53,119 bases of DNA. Source: a virus. Its lineage: Duplodnaviria > Caudoviricetes. Positions 8,743 to 17,538 of the stretch are shown one piece after another. Position 1 is the stretch's first letter. Each line of letters starts with the position of its first letter. Location: the IMG/VR virus record IMGVR_UViG_3300044608_001820, positions 1 through 53,119 of that record; one strand, written 5' to 3'. Both the position numbers and the translations under genes were made by a program. A model generated the notes under the pieces. That model worked only from the letters and a program-made list of their open reading frames with translations, was not told the origin of the DNA and ran no database searches.

Positions 8743-10727
8743 TGACTGATTCAAATATCACCCCCGTAAATCTCGTCAACGAGATGAAGACGGCATATCT
8801 CGACTACAGCATGGCTGTGCTTGTCGGGCGCGCAATTCCTGATCTCTACGATGGCTTGAAGCCTGTTACTCGTCGTGTGCTCACGGCGATGAAGTGGCTT
8901 AACCTTAAGCCTGACGCCCGCTATATGAAAGCCGCCCGTGTCGAGGGCGAGACCATGGGCAAACTCCACCCCCACGGTGGAGCGTACGGCGCGATGGTTA
9001 CTGCCGCCTCGTGGTGGACGAACAATCACCCTCTTGTCGACGGACACGGAAATTGGGGCTCCCCGACTGACGGTCCCGCCGCCGCACGTTACACCGAAGC
9101 CAAACTCACTTCGTTCGCGTACGAGGCCCTCCTTCAGGACTCTGAGACGTGGGTGACTCGTCCGAACTACGACGGAAGTCTGGAAGAGCCGGTGCAATTC
9201 AACGCTCGACTTCCCGTACTGCTGATGAATGGTGGTGAGGGCATCGGTGTGGGTTATGCGACGAAGATCCCGACTCATAACCTCCGTGGAGTGGCTAAGG
9301 CACTCCGTGCTCTCGTCGATGATGATATGATCACGGCGAAGAATAATCTCGCACCAGACTTTCCAACGGGTTGCGATATCGTCAAGGACGAAGGATTGGT
9401 CGAGTATCTAAACACGGGCGCCGGATCGATTCGGATGCGAGCTGTGTGCACTCGTGAGAAGCTTGACTACGGCAAGCGATCGAAGCGTGATGCTTTAGTG
9501 TTCACCAACCTGCCTCTCCACATCAACACCGAGCAGGTGGGAGAGCAGGTGAAGGAAGCTATCGAGAAAGGAAAGATCACCACCGTCGCTGACGTTCGGG
9601 ATGAGACCGATAAAGCCGGTGTGCGCCTCGTTATCGTTCTCAAGGCGGCCGCTGACGTCGATCAAGCCGAAGCGGAACTCTTCCACCACACGTCACTCGA
9701 CACGCGATTCGCAGCACGGAATCTCGCCATCGACGGTTTGAAGCCAGTGCAGTTGGCGCCGCACGACATCCTGATCAAGTGGGCAGGATGGAGGGATCAG
9801 CGACTACTTGCCTCCCTCAAAGCCGAACTCGAGAAGCGTCGCAATCGCCTCGAGGTAGTGCAGGGACTGATCACAGCGATCACGATGATCGACGAGGTGA
9901 TCGTCCAGATTCGTATGGCGAAGGATCGTCCAGATGCACGTAAGCGCCTCGAGAAGATGCAGTTTACACCTGCACAGGCTGATGCCATCCTCGATATGAG
10001 GTTAGCGCAGCTAACCAAGCTCGACGACAAGCAACTACAAACCGACGCGAAGGAGATTCAGGCGCGGATCAAGGAGATCCTCGGACTGACGTCCTCCGAG
10101 AAGAAACGCCGTGAGTACATCGTTACCGAAGTGGAGCAACTCGCGGAACGTCATGGGAATGCGAGGCGTTCCAAGGCTATCGCTGAGCCTAAACAACTTT
10201 CCGTTCAGACTGTCAAGGTCGGACGGAAGAATGTAGAGGTCAAGACTACTGGTCCGAAGACTCGGTTCATGTTGCTCGATGAGGAGAAGGGAATCATCAC
10301 TCAGCTGAAGGGTCCACGTGGTGCTAATGTCACTGCTCAGGACGATCAGAAACTGGTGGTGGTTTGCGGTAACGGGATGTTCTACAAACTGACGTCTAAG
10401 CATCGTGGTCCGATCACGACGGAACCGACGAAAGTTCTCTCCCGTGGTAACACCGGAAAGCTTTCCGACACCCCATTGATCGCTGTTTGGAAGACAAATG
10501 AGGGTGTGTTCGCTAACGTGATTCCGTGGGAAACGCTGACAAAGACGACGTCTAAAGGCAAGCGTTGGTTGCCAGAGGGAGCGGAGCTTCTTAGCCTTGG
10601 AGGCACTTACACTCTGAAGATGCAGGGACGGAAGAAGGATAAGGTCATTGGGATCAACACCGTGAAGCCTCGTCCTGTTGGAGGTCCTGGCACGAAGCTG
10701 GCGAAGCTCGAGGAAGTTTCGGTGTAA
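8742..10727 (+). CDS. gyrA: type IIA topoisomerase subunit A (GyrA/ParC family)
   Basis: YLDYSM, DGLKPVTRR, HPHG, AAARYTE catalytic Tyr, PDFPTG, QADAILDMRL. Confidence 0.92.
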   Translation: MTDSNITPVNLVNEMKTAYLDYSMAVLVGRAIPDLYDGLKPVTRRVLTAMKWLNLKPDARYMKAARVEGETMGKLHPHGGAYGAMVTAASWWTNNHPLVDGHGNWGSPTDGPAAARYTEAKLTSFAYEALLQDSETWVTRPNYDGSLEEPVQFNARLPVLLMNGGEGIGVGYATKIPTHNLRGVAKALRALVDDDMITAKNNLAPDFPTGCDIVKDEGLVEYLNTGAGSIRMRAVCTREKLDYGKRSKRDALVFTNLPLHINTEQVGEQVKEAIEKGKITTVADVRDETDKAGVRLVIVLKAAADVDQAEAELFHHTSLDTRFAARNLAIDGLKPVQLAPHDILIKWAGWRDQRLLASLKAELEKRRNRLEVVQGLITAITMIDEVIVQIRMAKDRPDARKRLEKMQFTPAQADAILDMRLAQLTKLDDKQLQTDAKEIQARIKEILGLTSSEKKRREYIVTEVEQLAERHGNARRSKAIAEPKQLSVQTVKVGRKNVEVKTTGPKTRFMLLDEEKGIITQLKGPRGANVTAQDDQKLVVVCGNGMFYKLTSKHRGPITTEPTKVLSRGNTGKLSDTPLIAVWKTNEGVFANVIPWETLTKTTSKGKRWLPEGAELLSLGGTYTLKMQGRKKDKVIGINTVKPRPVGGPGTKLAKLEEVSV

Positions 10728-10831
10728 AGTGCAATGTGCGCTCTCGCGATGAGAACTTGAGCTTCTTGACAAGAGCGCATATAACAATAAATAAATATAG
10801 GGTAATAATTAAACATCCTCGCGATGTTTTA

Positions 10832-11170
10832 ATGTTGCAGTTCAACGACCCAAACTTTTATTCTGATGGACGTCCAAGAAGATTTGGTAAGACCAAAACT
10901 ATAGATAATAAATTCAGTAAGCACAACAATCCAATGGACAAAGTACAAGTAGAGTACTTCACTCCCACTGTAGAAAAAGCTCGCGAATGGCGACCTATTA
11001 AGTTAATCAATGATTCAATCGGGGTAGCTTACACGATTCCTGAAAAGCTACGTTGGGTTGACATTACTCGTAACCTGCTTAAAGATGGCACAAACCCGTC
11101 AAACATCGCTAAACTAATTCGAGGAGAATGTAAACGCGTTAACGGCTGGCGTTGCGAGTTCCTCGACTGA
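10832..11170 (+). CDS. AT-rich hypothetical protein with NUMOD1-like C-terminus
   Basis: NIAKLIRGECKRVNGWRC; visibly lower GC than the flanks. Confidence 0.45.
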   Translation: MLQFNDPNFYSDGRPRRFGKTKTIDNKFSKHNNPMDKVQVEYFTPTVEKAREWRPIKLINDSIGVAYTIPEKLRWVDITRNLLKDGTNPSNIAKLIRGECKRVNGWRCEFLD

Positions 11171-11241
11171 TACAACTGTACTTGTGACACTTCACTAAGT
11201 GTCCACTAAACTCCCCATGAGTCCCTTGGACCCTGTACAGT
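11169..11241 (+). promoter_or_regulatory. LexA-like box (11169-11182) + phage promoter P5
   Basis: GATACAACTGTACT then TGTGACACTT-CACT-AAGTGTCCAC-N29-TACAGT. Confidence 0.72.
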
Positions 11242-11265
11242 AGTCCTATCAACAAAACAAATCGA

Positions 11266-11703
11266 ATGGCAACCCGTTCTCGCATTGGCATCATGCTCCC
11301 CGACGAATCCGTCCTCTCCGTGTATCACCACTGGGATGGCTATCCGGAGTGGCTTGGACGTATCCTGAAGACTCACTATAACTCTCGAGAGAAAGCCGCT
11401 GAGCTCATCGATGGTGGAGATATGTCCTGCGCGTGGACTAAAGATCGTTGGACCGGTGTTGAGATCGATAAGTACGTGATCGAGAATAAGGAGGTTGAGG
11501 AGTACGGTCCGCAGTATTACGCTCAGCGCGGTGACGACTGTCCTCCTCGTCTCGATGCGAACATCTACGACTACATCGCGGAAGGTGAGGAGTACGCGTA
11601 CATCTTCACTCGAAATGATGAGTGGGTGTGTTATGACCGGCATCAGTGGGGCGATGCGTATCCCACCGTCGTCGAGATCCCGCCCAGTGCCTTAGCTGTG
11701 TGA
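11266..11703 (+). CDS. hypothetical phage protein
   Basis: MATRSRIG...SVYHHWDGYPEWLG...EYAYIF. Confidence 0.7.
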   Translation: MATRSRIGIMLPDESVLSVYHHWDGYPEWLGRILKTHYNSREKAAELIDGGDMSCAWTKDRWTGVEIDKYVIENKEVEEYGPQYYAQRGDDCPPRLDANIYDYIAEGEEYAYIFTRNDEWVCYDRHQWGDAYPTVVEIPPSALAV

Positions 11704-11756
11704 CACTTAGACAACTGTCCACCAAACTCCCCAAAGCCCCCGGGATGCCGTATAGT
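11699..11756 (+). promoter_or_regulatory. phage promoter P6
   Basis: TGTGACACTT-AGAC-AACTGTCCAC-N28-TATAGT. Confidence 0.75.
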
Positions 11757-11762
11757 ACCTTC

Positions 11763-11975
11763 ATGAACGAAACCAAAACCAAAGTCTACGTCATCGAGGT
11801 CCGCGGGAACGACTACTACGACCAGCTCGAATTCTTCGGAGTTTACGCCGACAAGTTCAAGGCCGAGCATGTCGCTAATGAACTGCGCTGTAAAGTCGAG
11901 GACAACGACGATGCTTGCGAAGATGGCGAGTTGCTCTACGAAGAAGTGGTCGTCTCCGAAGTCACCCTTAACTGA
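11763..11975 (+). CDS. hypothetical protein (probably leaderless)
   Basis: ATG 6 nt after -10. Confidence 0.65.
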   Translation: MNETKTKVYVIEVRGNDYYDQLEFFGVYADKFKAEHVANELRCKVEDNDDACEDGELLYEEVVVSEVTLN

Positions 11976-11983
11976 AACAACAC

Positions 11984-12265
11984 ATGAACTGGCGTAAGAA
12001 CCTTGAGAGTCTACTCCTCAGAAATGAAGACAAGTTGGAAGAGCTTGTGATTCAGGAGTCAGGAGAGCCTGTGCGGGCGACTATCGACCACCCATCGTTC
12101 ACCCGTGAATTCGATGGCGGTTTTGGTTGCTCAGAGGGATGTAGCTTCACGGCATGGGGAGAGAAGTACGTTTACTTCCCGGCGGTTTACGATGGGTCGG
12201 AGTGGATCGAGTGCGTGCCTCGTAATCCGTGCCTCGAAGCGACTTTCCACATTGGAGGACAATGA
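11984..12265 (+). CDS. hypothetical protein
   Basis: FTAWGEKYVYFPAVYDGSEW...VPRNP. Confidence 0.65.
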   Translation: MNWRKNLESLLLRNEDKLEELVIQESGEPVRATIDHPSFTREFDGGFGCSEGCSFTAWGEKYVYFPAVYDGSEWIECVPRNPCLEATFHIGGQ

Positions 12266-12435
12266 TGACTAAACTAACGGCTTCGCAGTTGATGGTAATC
12301 ATTGAGGTTCTCTATCGTAGTTTGAGAGTCGCTAACTATTCTGGAATGTATGATGAGAAAACCAGACAAGAAACACTAGAGGACGTTGTGAAAATTCTCG
12401 ATAGTGTTCGATTGAACGTAATTGAAGAGTTATGA
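12262..12435 (+). CDS. hypothetical protein
   Basis: coupled ORF. Confidence 0.5.
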   Translation: MMTKLTASQLMVIIEVLYRSLRVANYSGMYDEKTRQETLEDVVKILDSVRLNVIEEL

Positions 12436-12626
12436 TCGAAGAACGCGACTGGAAACACTACGTCACTCTCATCGGACTTGAGATTGAGGACACAATTCCT
12501 AATCCGTCCGAGATAGAGACTCTCGATGCGGTAAGATTGCTGGTGAGAGAAGTCAACGCTCTTCGCAAAGCTATGGGACTTCCGTCATACAAGGATCTTG
12601 CTAAAGAGGAGGAAAAAGATGGCTAA
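12432..12626 (+). CDS. hypothetical protein
   Basis: coupled ORF. Confidence 0.55.
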   Translation: MIEERDWKHYVTLIGLEIEDTIPNPSEIETLDAVRLLVREVNALRKAMGLPSYKDLAKEEEKDG

Positions 12627-13131
12627 GGTTGTCCTGTCGCTGGGCGGTAACATCAACCGTTTAGACACGTCAATCGAGTTAGTTAAACAAAATCCAGGAT
12701 CGTATCTCTTCATCTCGTCAGAGAGTGACCCCGCTGCGTGCTTACAAAAAGTTCACGATGCCGGACTGGATCCCACGCGTGTCTTTCTTAACTACTACGC
12801 CTGGGACACGGTTACTAACTTCACGAACACGAAGCGCCCGCTATCCACACTCAATCCGGACGAGATTCTCGTCGTCACTGACGGGTATCACATGCTTCGG
12901 GCGATGACGATCGGACGTATCATCTACTTCGGTTCGAATGTAAAACTCACCGAGCATCCGAGTTCTCCAAAGGATCACAGTGAGCCTCTCACGGAGGTCA
13001 TCACTGACGCGATCCGAGCACTCATCTCTCGTTTTCTGGGCATGACGATCTTCAGTCAAAATGTCTATGACGATCGTATTCCCTACTACTATGACTGTTA
13101 CTACGTAGCACGGACACTTCAAGGAGGCTGA
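12619..13131 (+). CDS. YdcF/DUF218-family protein
   Basis: LSLGG...R, AWDTVTNF, VVTDGYHMLRA. Confidence 0.75.
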   Translation: MAKVVLSLGGNINRLDTSIELVKQNPGSYLFISSESDPAACLQKVHDAGLDPTRVFLNYYAWDTVTNFTNTKRPLSTLNPDEILVVTDGYHMLRAMTIGRIIYFGSNVKLTEHPSSPKDHSEPLTEVITDAIRALISRFLGMTIFSQNVYDDRIPYYYDCYYVARTLQGG

Positions 13132-13133
13132 TC

Positions 13134-13340
13134 ATGGGACGTCCAACCGATCGTGACCCAAATTACATGCGCCAGAAGTTTGGCACTACCAAACTTGCTA
13201 CTGACTACGGCGTATTCGACGCGGTGGAACGTCCGCGTGATCCGTCCCTCATTCGTAACTCCGACGACTACGACGACTGGGAGTACGGAACCGAACCCAT
13301 CCCACATGATAGCACATGGACGAGAAAACCCAGTTCATAG
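13134..13340 (+). CDS. hypothetical protein
   Basis: GGAGG RBS; DDWEYGTEPIP. Confidence 0.6.
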   Translation: MGRPTDRDPNYMRQKFGTTKLATDYGVFDAVERPRDPSLIRNSDDYDDWEYGTEPIPHDSTWTRKPSS

Positions 13341-13480
13341 AAGCCACTCTCGATTGGGCGGAAAGTCGAATCGAAGTGCTTCTAAATGATGGGATGATCG
13401 AGGAAGCTCTGGCAATCGGTCATGAGTTTCATGAGTGGTCGCGGGCTCCCCTGGGATTTGATCACGACCTCGAGTACCCG

Positions 13481-13539
13481 GTGGACACTTGATTAAGTGT
13501 CTACTCGGGGTTCCCAGAGCACCGATGGCGGTGTAGAAT
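13481..13539 (+). promoter_or_regulatory. phage promoter P7
   Basis: GTGGACACTT-GATT-AAGTGTCTAC-N29-TAGAAT. Confidence 0.75.
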
Positions 13540-13559
13540 AAACCTAGTTGAAAACAACC

Positions 13560-13808
13560 ATGATCCAAACCTTCAACCTCGCCGTGGACCGCATCGAGCA
13601 CCTGATCGATATGGCAAAGGACCATAGCGAGCGTGGCGATAACGACACCAAAGAGTTCCTTCTCGCCGAGGCGAAGATCCTCGCGATGGTGATGGACGGC
13701 GCCGATGACGTATTCCAGATGAAGTACCATCGTTACGCTTCCGATTCCTTTGGCGTAGACTTTGAGATCACGCACGGTGATCCCGACCTGATGTTTGGTG
13801 GCGTGTGA
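13560..13808 (+). CDS. hypothetical protein, LAVDRI family
   Basis: shares LAVDRIxxL with 29307-29468. Confidence 0.6.
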   Translation: MIQTFNLAVDRIEHLIDMAKDHSERGDNDTKEFLLAEAKILAMVMDGADDVFQMKYHRYASDSFGVDFEITHGDPDLMFGGV

Positions 13809-13971
13809 TGTTTACAAAAGGTCCCTTAGCCGGCATCCACAGTGGATTTTGGTGGTGCGGTCAATGCTTTGAAGTCTGGCTTCATCTGATGTCAGAAGAC
13901 GTGGATGTTGACTACAACTGTTGGGACTTTTTCTATCATTTAAGCTATTGGTACCCCGATCACGAAGGACT

Positions 13972-14337
13972 ATGAGCGACATTCAAACATGCGGCTTCCA
14001 CGACTCTCTCACCGACGAGTTTAGTTTGTCGATGGCATTCGGGGATGGTCCCGCGCTGACATTCGAGGGACTCACTCGGGAACAAGTGATCAACCTACGT
14101 GATTGCCTTGACTGTATGATCTGGGATAAACTCGACGGCGGTTACGATGAGGTCCTCGACGACATTCGAGCCACTATCGGACCCTACACTTCCGTGATGG
14201 ATGAGAAGGTGGCGGCGAAGGAAGCGCTTGAAACGATAAAGGCACTTCTTTCACGAAAGGTCGATTATTCTGGCGATCCTGAGGGAATCCTCTACTGGCA
14301 GGATGTTGAGGGAATGCTGACACCACCGCTTAACTAA
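13972..14337 (+). CDS. hypothetical protein
   Basis: ATG after AAGGA. Confidence 0.55.
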   Translation: MSDIQTCGFHDSLTDEFSLSMAFGDGPALTFEGLTREQVINLRDCLDCMIWDKLDGGYDEVLDDIRATIGPYTSVMDEKVAAKEALETIKALLSRKVDYSGDPEGILYWQDVEGMLTPPLN

Positions 14338-14339
14338 CC

Positions 14340-14864
14340 ATGGACTCACCCTCGTTCGAAATCCTGCACTTCTCCGTGCGGTATCCAAATGATCCTTTGG
14401 ATCCTCCACGGTATCCGTATTTCACTCACAATTTAGTATGGAGGGCCATCGACCCTGAGTTTCATAGCTTCTGCGTCGACTGGACGAAAGATTGGGTGAA
14501 GACGACCGTGGTGTTTGACACGGAGAGGGCCGAGGAGTATATTCGCGGGTTGAGTATGGAGGAGGATGAGCAGGTCGTCGAGAATCAGTTCGGTTACGCG
14601 CCGGTGAAACTGGTACAACGTGACGGTATTCGCCGCGACACCATCTATCATGACGCGTGGCAGATGCAGTTTCCGTTTGTGTTCCACCTCGAGAAGTTCG
14701 ATGTCTTCCGCCACTGGGGATTCACGGAATCCAATGCGATCACGCAAGCGTGCATCCACGAGATCGAGATGTTGAAGCTGGGCGAGCACATGTACCGGGG
14801 ACGGTTCGCTCCGTGGTGTCACTTCCGCAGGGTGATTGAAACGTTAGATCGGTTTTGGGACTAA
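14340..14864 (+). CDS. hypothetical protein
   Basis: 174-aa ORF in operon. Confidence 0.65.
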   Translation: MDSPSFEILHFSVRYPNDPLDPPRYPYFTHNLVWRAIDPEFHSFCVDWTKDWVKTTVVFDTERAEEYIRGLSMEEDEQVVENQFGYAPVKLVQRDGIRRDTIYHDAWQMQFPFVFHLEKFDVFRHWGFTESNAITQACIHEIEMLKLGEHMYRGRFAPWCHFRRVIETLDRFWD

Positions 14865-14865
14865 A

Positions 14866-15054
14866 ATGAACTACCTATGCTTCGTCGACGGAGTCATTGA
14901 GTACGGCAGCACAGATCTCGATGACTTCAACCATTATCACATGATGTACGCTGAAGATCATGCCAATGCAAATGTGGAGTATCTCGCGCTAACCGATGAA
15001 GAATATGAGGCGATGCTCTCCTTAGACGAAGATGATCTGGAACATCAAGAATGA
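14866..15054 (+). CDS. hypothetical acidic protein
   Basis: ORF in operon. Confidence 0.55.
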   Translation: MNYLCFVDGVIEYGSTDLDDFNHYHMMYAEDHANANVEYLALTDEEYEAMLSLDEDDLEHQE

Positions 15055-15238
15055 CTTCGAAGATCCGATGGAGAAAGCCATCAAGAAGATGCTTTCCTAT
15101 GGGGGCAACATACCATCGGAGTGCATGAACGCATACGACTATGAGGTCTACCTGAAAGTAGCGCCACCTCATGAGTTAGAGCGCGATATAGTCTCCGAGG
15201 ACACGATGCGAAAGATGTGTACATTTTACAATTTTTAG
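15032..15238 (+). CDS. hypothetical protein
   Basis: ORF in operon. Confidence 0.5.
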   Translation: MIWNIKNDFEDPMEKAIKKMLSYGGNIPSECMNAYDYEVYLKVAPPHELERDIVSEDTMRKMCTFYNF

Positions 15239-15290
15239 CTCATGGGACGGGGGACCTACGAGGTATCCATCGCCAAGCGGCTCGTCGCGC

Positions 15291-15358
15291 AAAAATCAAA
15301 AAGTGTAAGGCTCAAAGCCCTTGCAGTGCCTGGGTCGACGTGTGGTACGGACGTACTA
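15291..15358 (+). repeat. intergenic repeat family B, copy 2
   Basis: AAAAATCAAAAAGTGTAAGGCTCAAAGCCCTTGC-N19-GGTACGGACGTACT. Confidence 0.75.
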
Positions 15359-15394
15359 GAGACCAGGCAGGGTCTGGCTCCTCGAAACCCAGGC

Positions 15395-15467
15395 AGTACA
15401 AGTGTACTTGTGCCACTCAAGCAACTGTCCACTAAACCCGCCACGAGGCCCCTGGAGGCTGTATAGT
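15395..15467 (+). promoter_or_regulatory. LexA-like box (15395-15408) + phage promoter P8
   Basis: AGTACAAGTGTACT then TGTGCCACTC-AAGC-AACTGTCCAC-N29-TATAGT. Confidence 0.75.
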
Positions 15468-15494
15468 AAGATCATCAACCAAAAGGAAAACCAT

Positions 15495-15659
15495 ATGAAC
15501 GTCTACGAAAAGCAACTGGTCCAGAAGGGCTACTCCCTCTCCGAGATCCGGGCTACGAAAGCTCCGAAGCGCGAGTTCCCTTGCACGATCGGTGCTCGTT
15601 ACTTCGAATCCGAAGCCGAGTACAATGAGGCTCTGGCTGACTTCCTGAACGGGAACTGA
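15495..15659 (+). CDS. hypothetical protein
   Basis: AAGGA RBS; MNVYEKQL. Confidence 0.6.
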   Translation: MNVYEKQLVQKGYSLSEIRATKAPKREFPCTIGARYFESEAEYNEALADFLNGN

Positions 15660-15716
15660 GGCCAGTTCAAAAACTGTCCACTAAACTCCCCGCCGCCTCT
15701 CAAAAAGCTGTATAGT
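15658..15716 (+). promoter_or_regulatory. phage promoter P9
   Basis: GGCCAGTT-CAAA-AACTGTCCAC-N29-TATAGT. Confidence 0.75.
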
Positions 15717-15722
15717 ACACTC

Positions 15723-16019
15723 ATGAATCAAATCAAAGCTATCGGAGCTCGTACCTCCGCCAAGACTGGTAAAGTCTACTCCTACGATCTCGAGCGTCAG
15801 ACCCGTACGGACTACGCCGAGTTTATGAATCCCGAGTCCAAGTACGAGCGGGTGTACTATCAGGTCAACGTCTATGACGCTGGCGGTAAACTCGTCAACT
15901 TCGCCTTCGTCGATGACGCGGACGATCTCATGGCAGTGTATGATGCCGTGAGTGGTGTTATCGAGTGGGACGAAACTCCCAACGAAGTCCTCGCTTCCAT
16001 GCACTCCCGCTACGACTGA
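15723..16019 (+). CDS. hypothetical protein (probably leaderless)
   Basis: ATG 6 nt after -10. Confidence 0.65.
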   Translation: MNQIKAIGARTSAKTGKVYSYDLERQTRTDYAEFMNPESKYERVYYQVNVYDAGGKLVNFAFVDDADDLMAVYDAVSGVIEWDETPNEVLASMHSRYD

Positions 16020-16041
16020 GGTCCTCAGAGGTAAACAACTA

Positions 16042-16227
16042 ATGTTAACTAACGAAGCCTACATCGAGCGCCTCGAGCAGCTCATCAGTGACTTACATCA
16101 CGAGCTGGGGATGACCGTCTACAGCGTTGAGGACACTTCGGCCGCTAGCGATATTTACCGCACAGCTGATAAGCTGTGGGACGAATTCTGCGCGACCAAA
16201 GCCGCCCACTACACGGAGGAGCAATGA
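16042..16227 (+). CDS. hypothetical protein
   Basis: GAGGT RBS. Confidence 0.55.
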   Translation: MLTNEAYIERLEQLISDLHHELGMTVYSVEDTSAASDIYRTADKLWDEFCATKAAHYTEEQ

Positions 16228-16370
16228 GCCTCATCTCGAAGCAGGACCACGATCTCGCCATCTGCGCGCTCGCCATCGTGGTCGAAATGGAAGATCCCAA
16301 AGATCCCGCTGTGGTACAAATGAAACAGCTCCTTCAGTGGCTAAGACTTCAGCGCCGTAAATTCGATTAG
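16224..16370 (+). CDS. hypothetical protein
   Basis: GGAGG RBS, ATGA coupling. Confidence 0.5.
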   Translation: MSLISKQDHDLAICALAIVVEMEDPKDPAVVQMKQLLQWLRLQRRKFD

Positions 16371-16377
16371 ACTCATC

Positions 16378-16851
16378 ATGTCGCCGCCCGTTGCGCTCAA
16401 CAAAAGTATCCTTGTTCTCAACGCATCGTACGAGCCTCTCAACGTATGCTCAGGGCGGAGAGCATTTGTGCTGGTATTGAAAAAGAAGGCACAGGTGCTA
16501 TCAAGGCAGGTCATCCGACTTCTTAGCTACATCAGACTTCCGATGAGTCGGATCAATGCGAAGAAGCCAAGTCGGAATCTCATCCTCAAGCGCGACAATT
16601 TCACTTGTCAGTACTGCGGCGCAGACCGCAATCTGACAATCGATCATGTCTTACCGCAATCACGAGGAGGGAAGGATACGTGGGAGAATCTTGTTGCCTG
16701 CTGTTATACTTGCAACAACGCAAAAGATAATCGTACTCCTGAGGAGTGGGGCGTCCCACTTCGCAGCAATCCGCACGCTCCCTTTAGTCGGTTTCTTCTG
16801 ACGCTAAGTACAAACTCAGTGCCAGAGTGGCGTGAGTACTTATATGTCTAA
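16378..16851 (+). CDS. HNH endonuclease (McrA/HNH_5 type)
   Basis: LVLNASYEP, RDNFTCQYCG, TIDHVLPQSRGG, WENLVACCYTCNNAK. Confidence 0.9.
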   Translation: MSPPVALNKSILVLNASYEPLNVCSGRRAFVLVLKKKAQVLSRQVIRLLSYIRLPMSRINAKKPSRNLILKRDNFTCQYCGADRNLTIDHVLPQSRGGKDTWENLVACCYTCNNAKDNRTPEEWGVPLRSNPHAPFSRFLLTLSTNSVPEWREYLYV

Positions 16852-16892
16852 GTTCACATTTAGACAGATCTTTGATAATCAAAGAACTTGAT

Positions 16893-16965
16893 CGGGATGT
16901 AGCCCAGCGGAAGAGGCCATGGACTTAAAATCCATTCAGGGTGGGTTCGAATCCCACCATCCCGA
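16893..16965 (+). tRNA. tRNA-Leu(TAA), short variable arm
   Basis: cloverleaf; ATGGA-CTTAAAA-TCCAT. Confidence 0.88.
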
Positions 16966-16971
16966 TCGAAT

Positions 16972-17052
16972 GCCCAGATGGTGGAATGGTATACACAGCA
17001 CGCTTAGAACGTGCCGCTGCAAGGCATGGAGGTTCGAGTCCTCTTCTGGGCA
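16972..17052 (+). tRNA. tRNA-Leu(TAG)
   Basis: GCACG-CTTAGAA-CGTGC; long variable arm. Confidence 0.92.
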
Positions 17053-17090
17053 TAGTCCAATCTTTGGACTAAATATACTCAACTTAGGGT

Positions 17091-17163
17091 AATACAAGTG
17101 TACTTGTGACACTTGCCTAAGTGTCCACTAAAAGTCCCAAGGGGCGCGTGGATCCTGTATATT
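17091..17163 (+). promoter_or_regulatory. LexA-like box (17091-17104) + phage promoter P10
   Basis: AATACAAGTGTACT then TGTGACACTT-GCCT-AAGTGTCCAC-N29-TATATT. Confidence 0.72.
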
Positions 17164-17171
17164 GATTTCAT

Positions 17172-17211
17172 GGTTGGGGGAGACACCCCGCCGAACCTCG
17201 AAAACTTCATA
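17172..17211 (+). promoter_or_regulatory. boxB-like hairpin + rrn boxA-like antitermination site
   Basis: hairpin followed by GAACCTCGAAAACTTCATA. Confidence 0.65.
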
Positions 17212-17224
17212 AGCAATATTCTCT

Positions 17225-17296
17225 GGGTCGCTAACTCAGTGGTAGAGTAGTCGGCTCTTAACCGATCTGTCCTCGGTTCGAATCCGAGGCGACCCA
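17225..17296 (+). tRNA. tRNA-Lys(CTT)
   Basis: GTCGG-CTCTTAA-CCGAT. Confidence 0.93.
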
Positions 17297-17298
17297 TC

Positions 17299-17402
17299 GA
17301 GACCGGATCACGGGGTGCCTGGGCGGCACTCGGAAAGAAAAGCCTCCAGTAGGAACTTTCCAGTGACGGGTTCGATTCCCGTCCATTCCACTTTCCGGTC
17401 TC
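17299..17402 (+). ncRNA. tRNA-like RNA (Ala-type acceptor, T arm, no canonical anticodon arm)
   Basis: GGGGTG/CATTCC-A stem with G3.U70; GACGGG-TTCGATT-CCCGTC; flanking 9-bp inverted repeat. Confidence 0.55.
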
Positions 17403-17413
17403 AAGGCGCCGCT

Positions 17414-17486
17414 AGTACCCCTGTACTAGGGACACTTCACCAAGTGTCCACTAAGCGCGCCACCCGCCCCTTGGGCGGTGTATATT
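17414..17486 (+). promoter_or_regulatory. LexA-like box (17414-17427) + phage promoter P11
   Basis: AGTACCCCTGTACT then AGGGACACTT-CACC-AAGTGTCCAC-N29-TATATT. Confidence 0.75.
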
Positions 17487-17494
17487 AGATTCAT

Positions 17495-17538
17495 GGTTGG
17501 GAGGGCGATCACCGCTCCTCCGACCCGAACCTCGAAAA
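17495..17538 (+). promoter_or_regulatory. boxB-like hairpin + boxA-like site
   Basis: GGTTGGGAGGGCG...CGCTCCTCCGACC followed by GAACCTCGAAAA. Confidence 0.65.

Noticed and set aside
16378-16851. HNH gene as a mobile homing element targeting the tRNA array
   Set aside because: It looks like a stand-alone McrA-type HNH with no extra DNA-binding module or insertion scars; adjacency alone is not enough.
643-17486. Repeated palindromes as a CRISPR array
   Set aside because: Copies are dispersed, degenerate, separated by whole genes and tied to -10 boxes; no cas genes are present.
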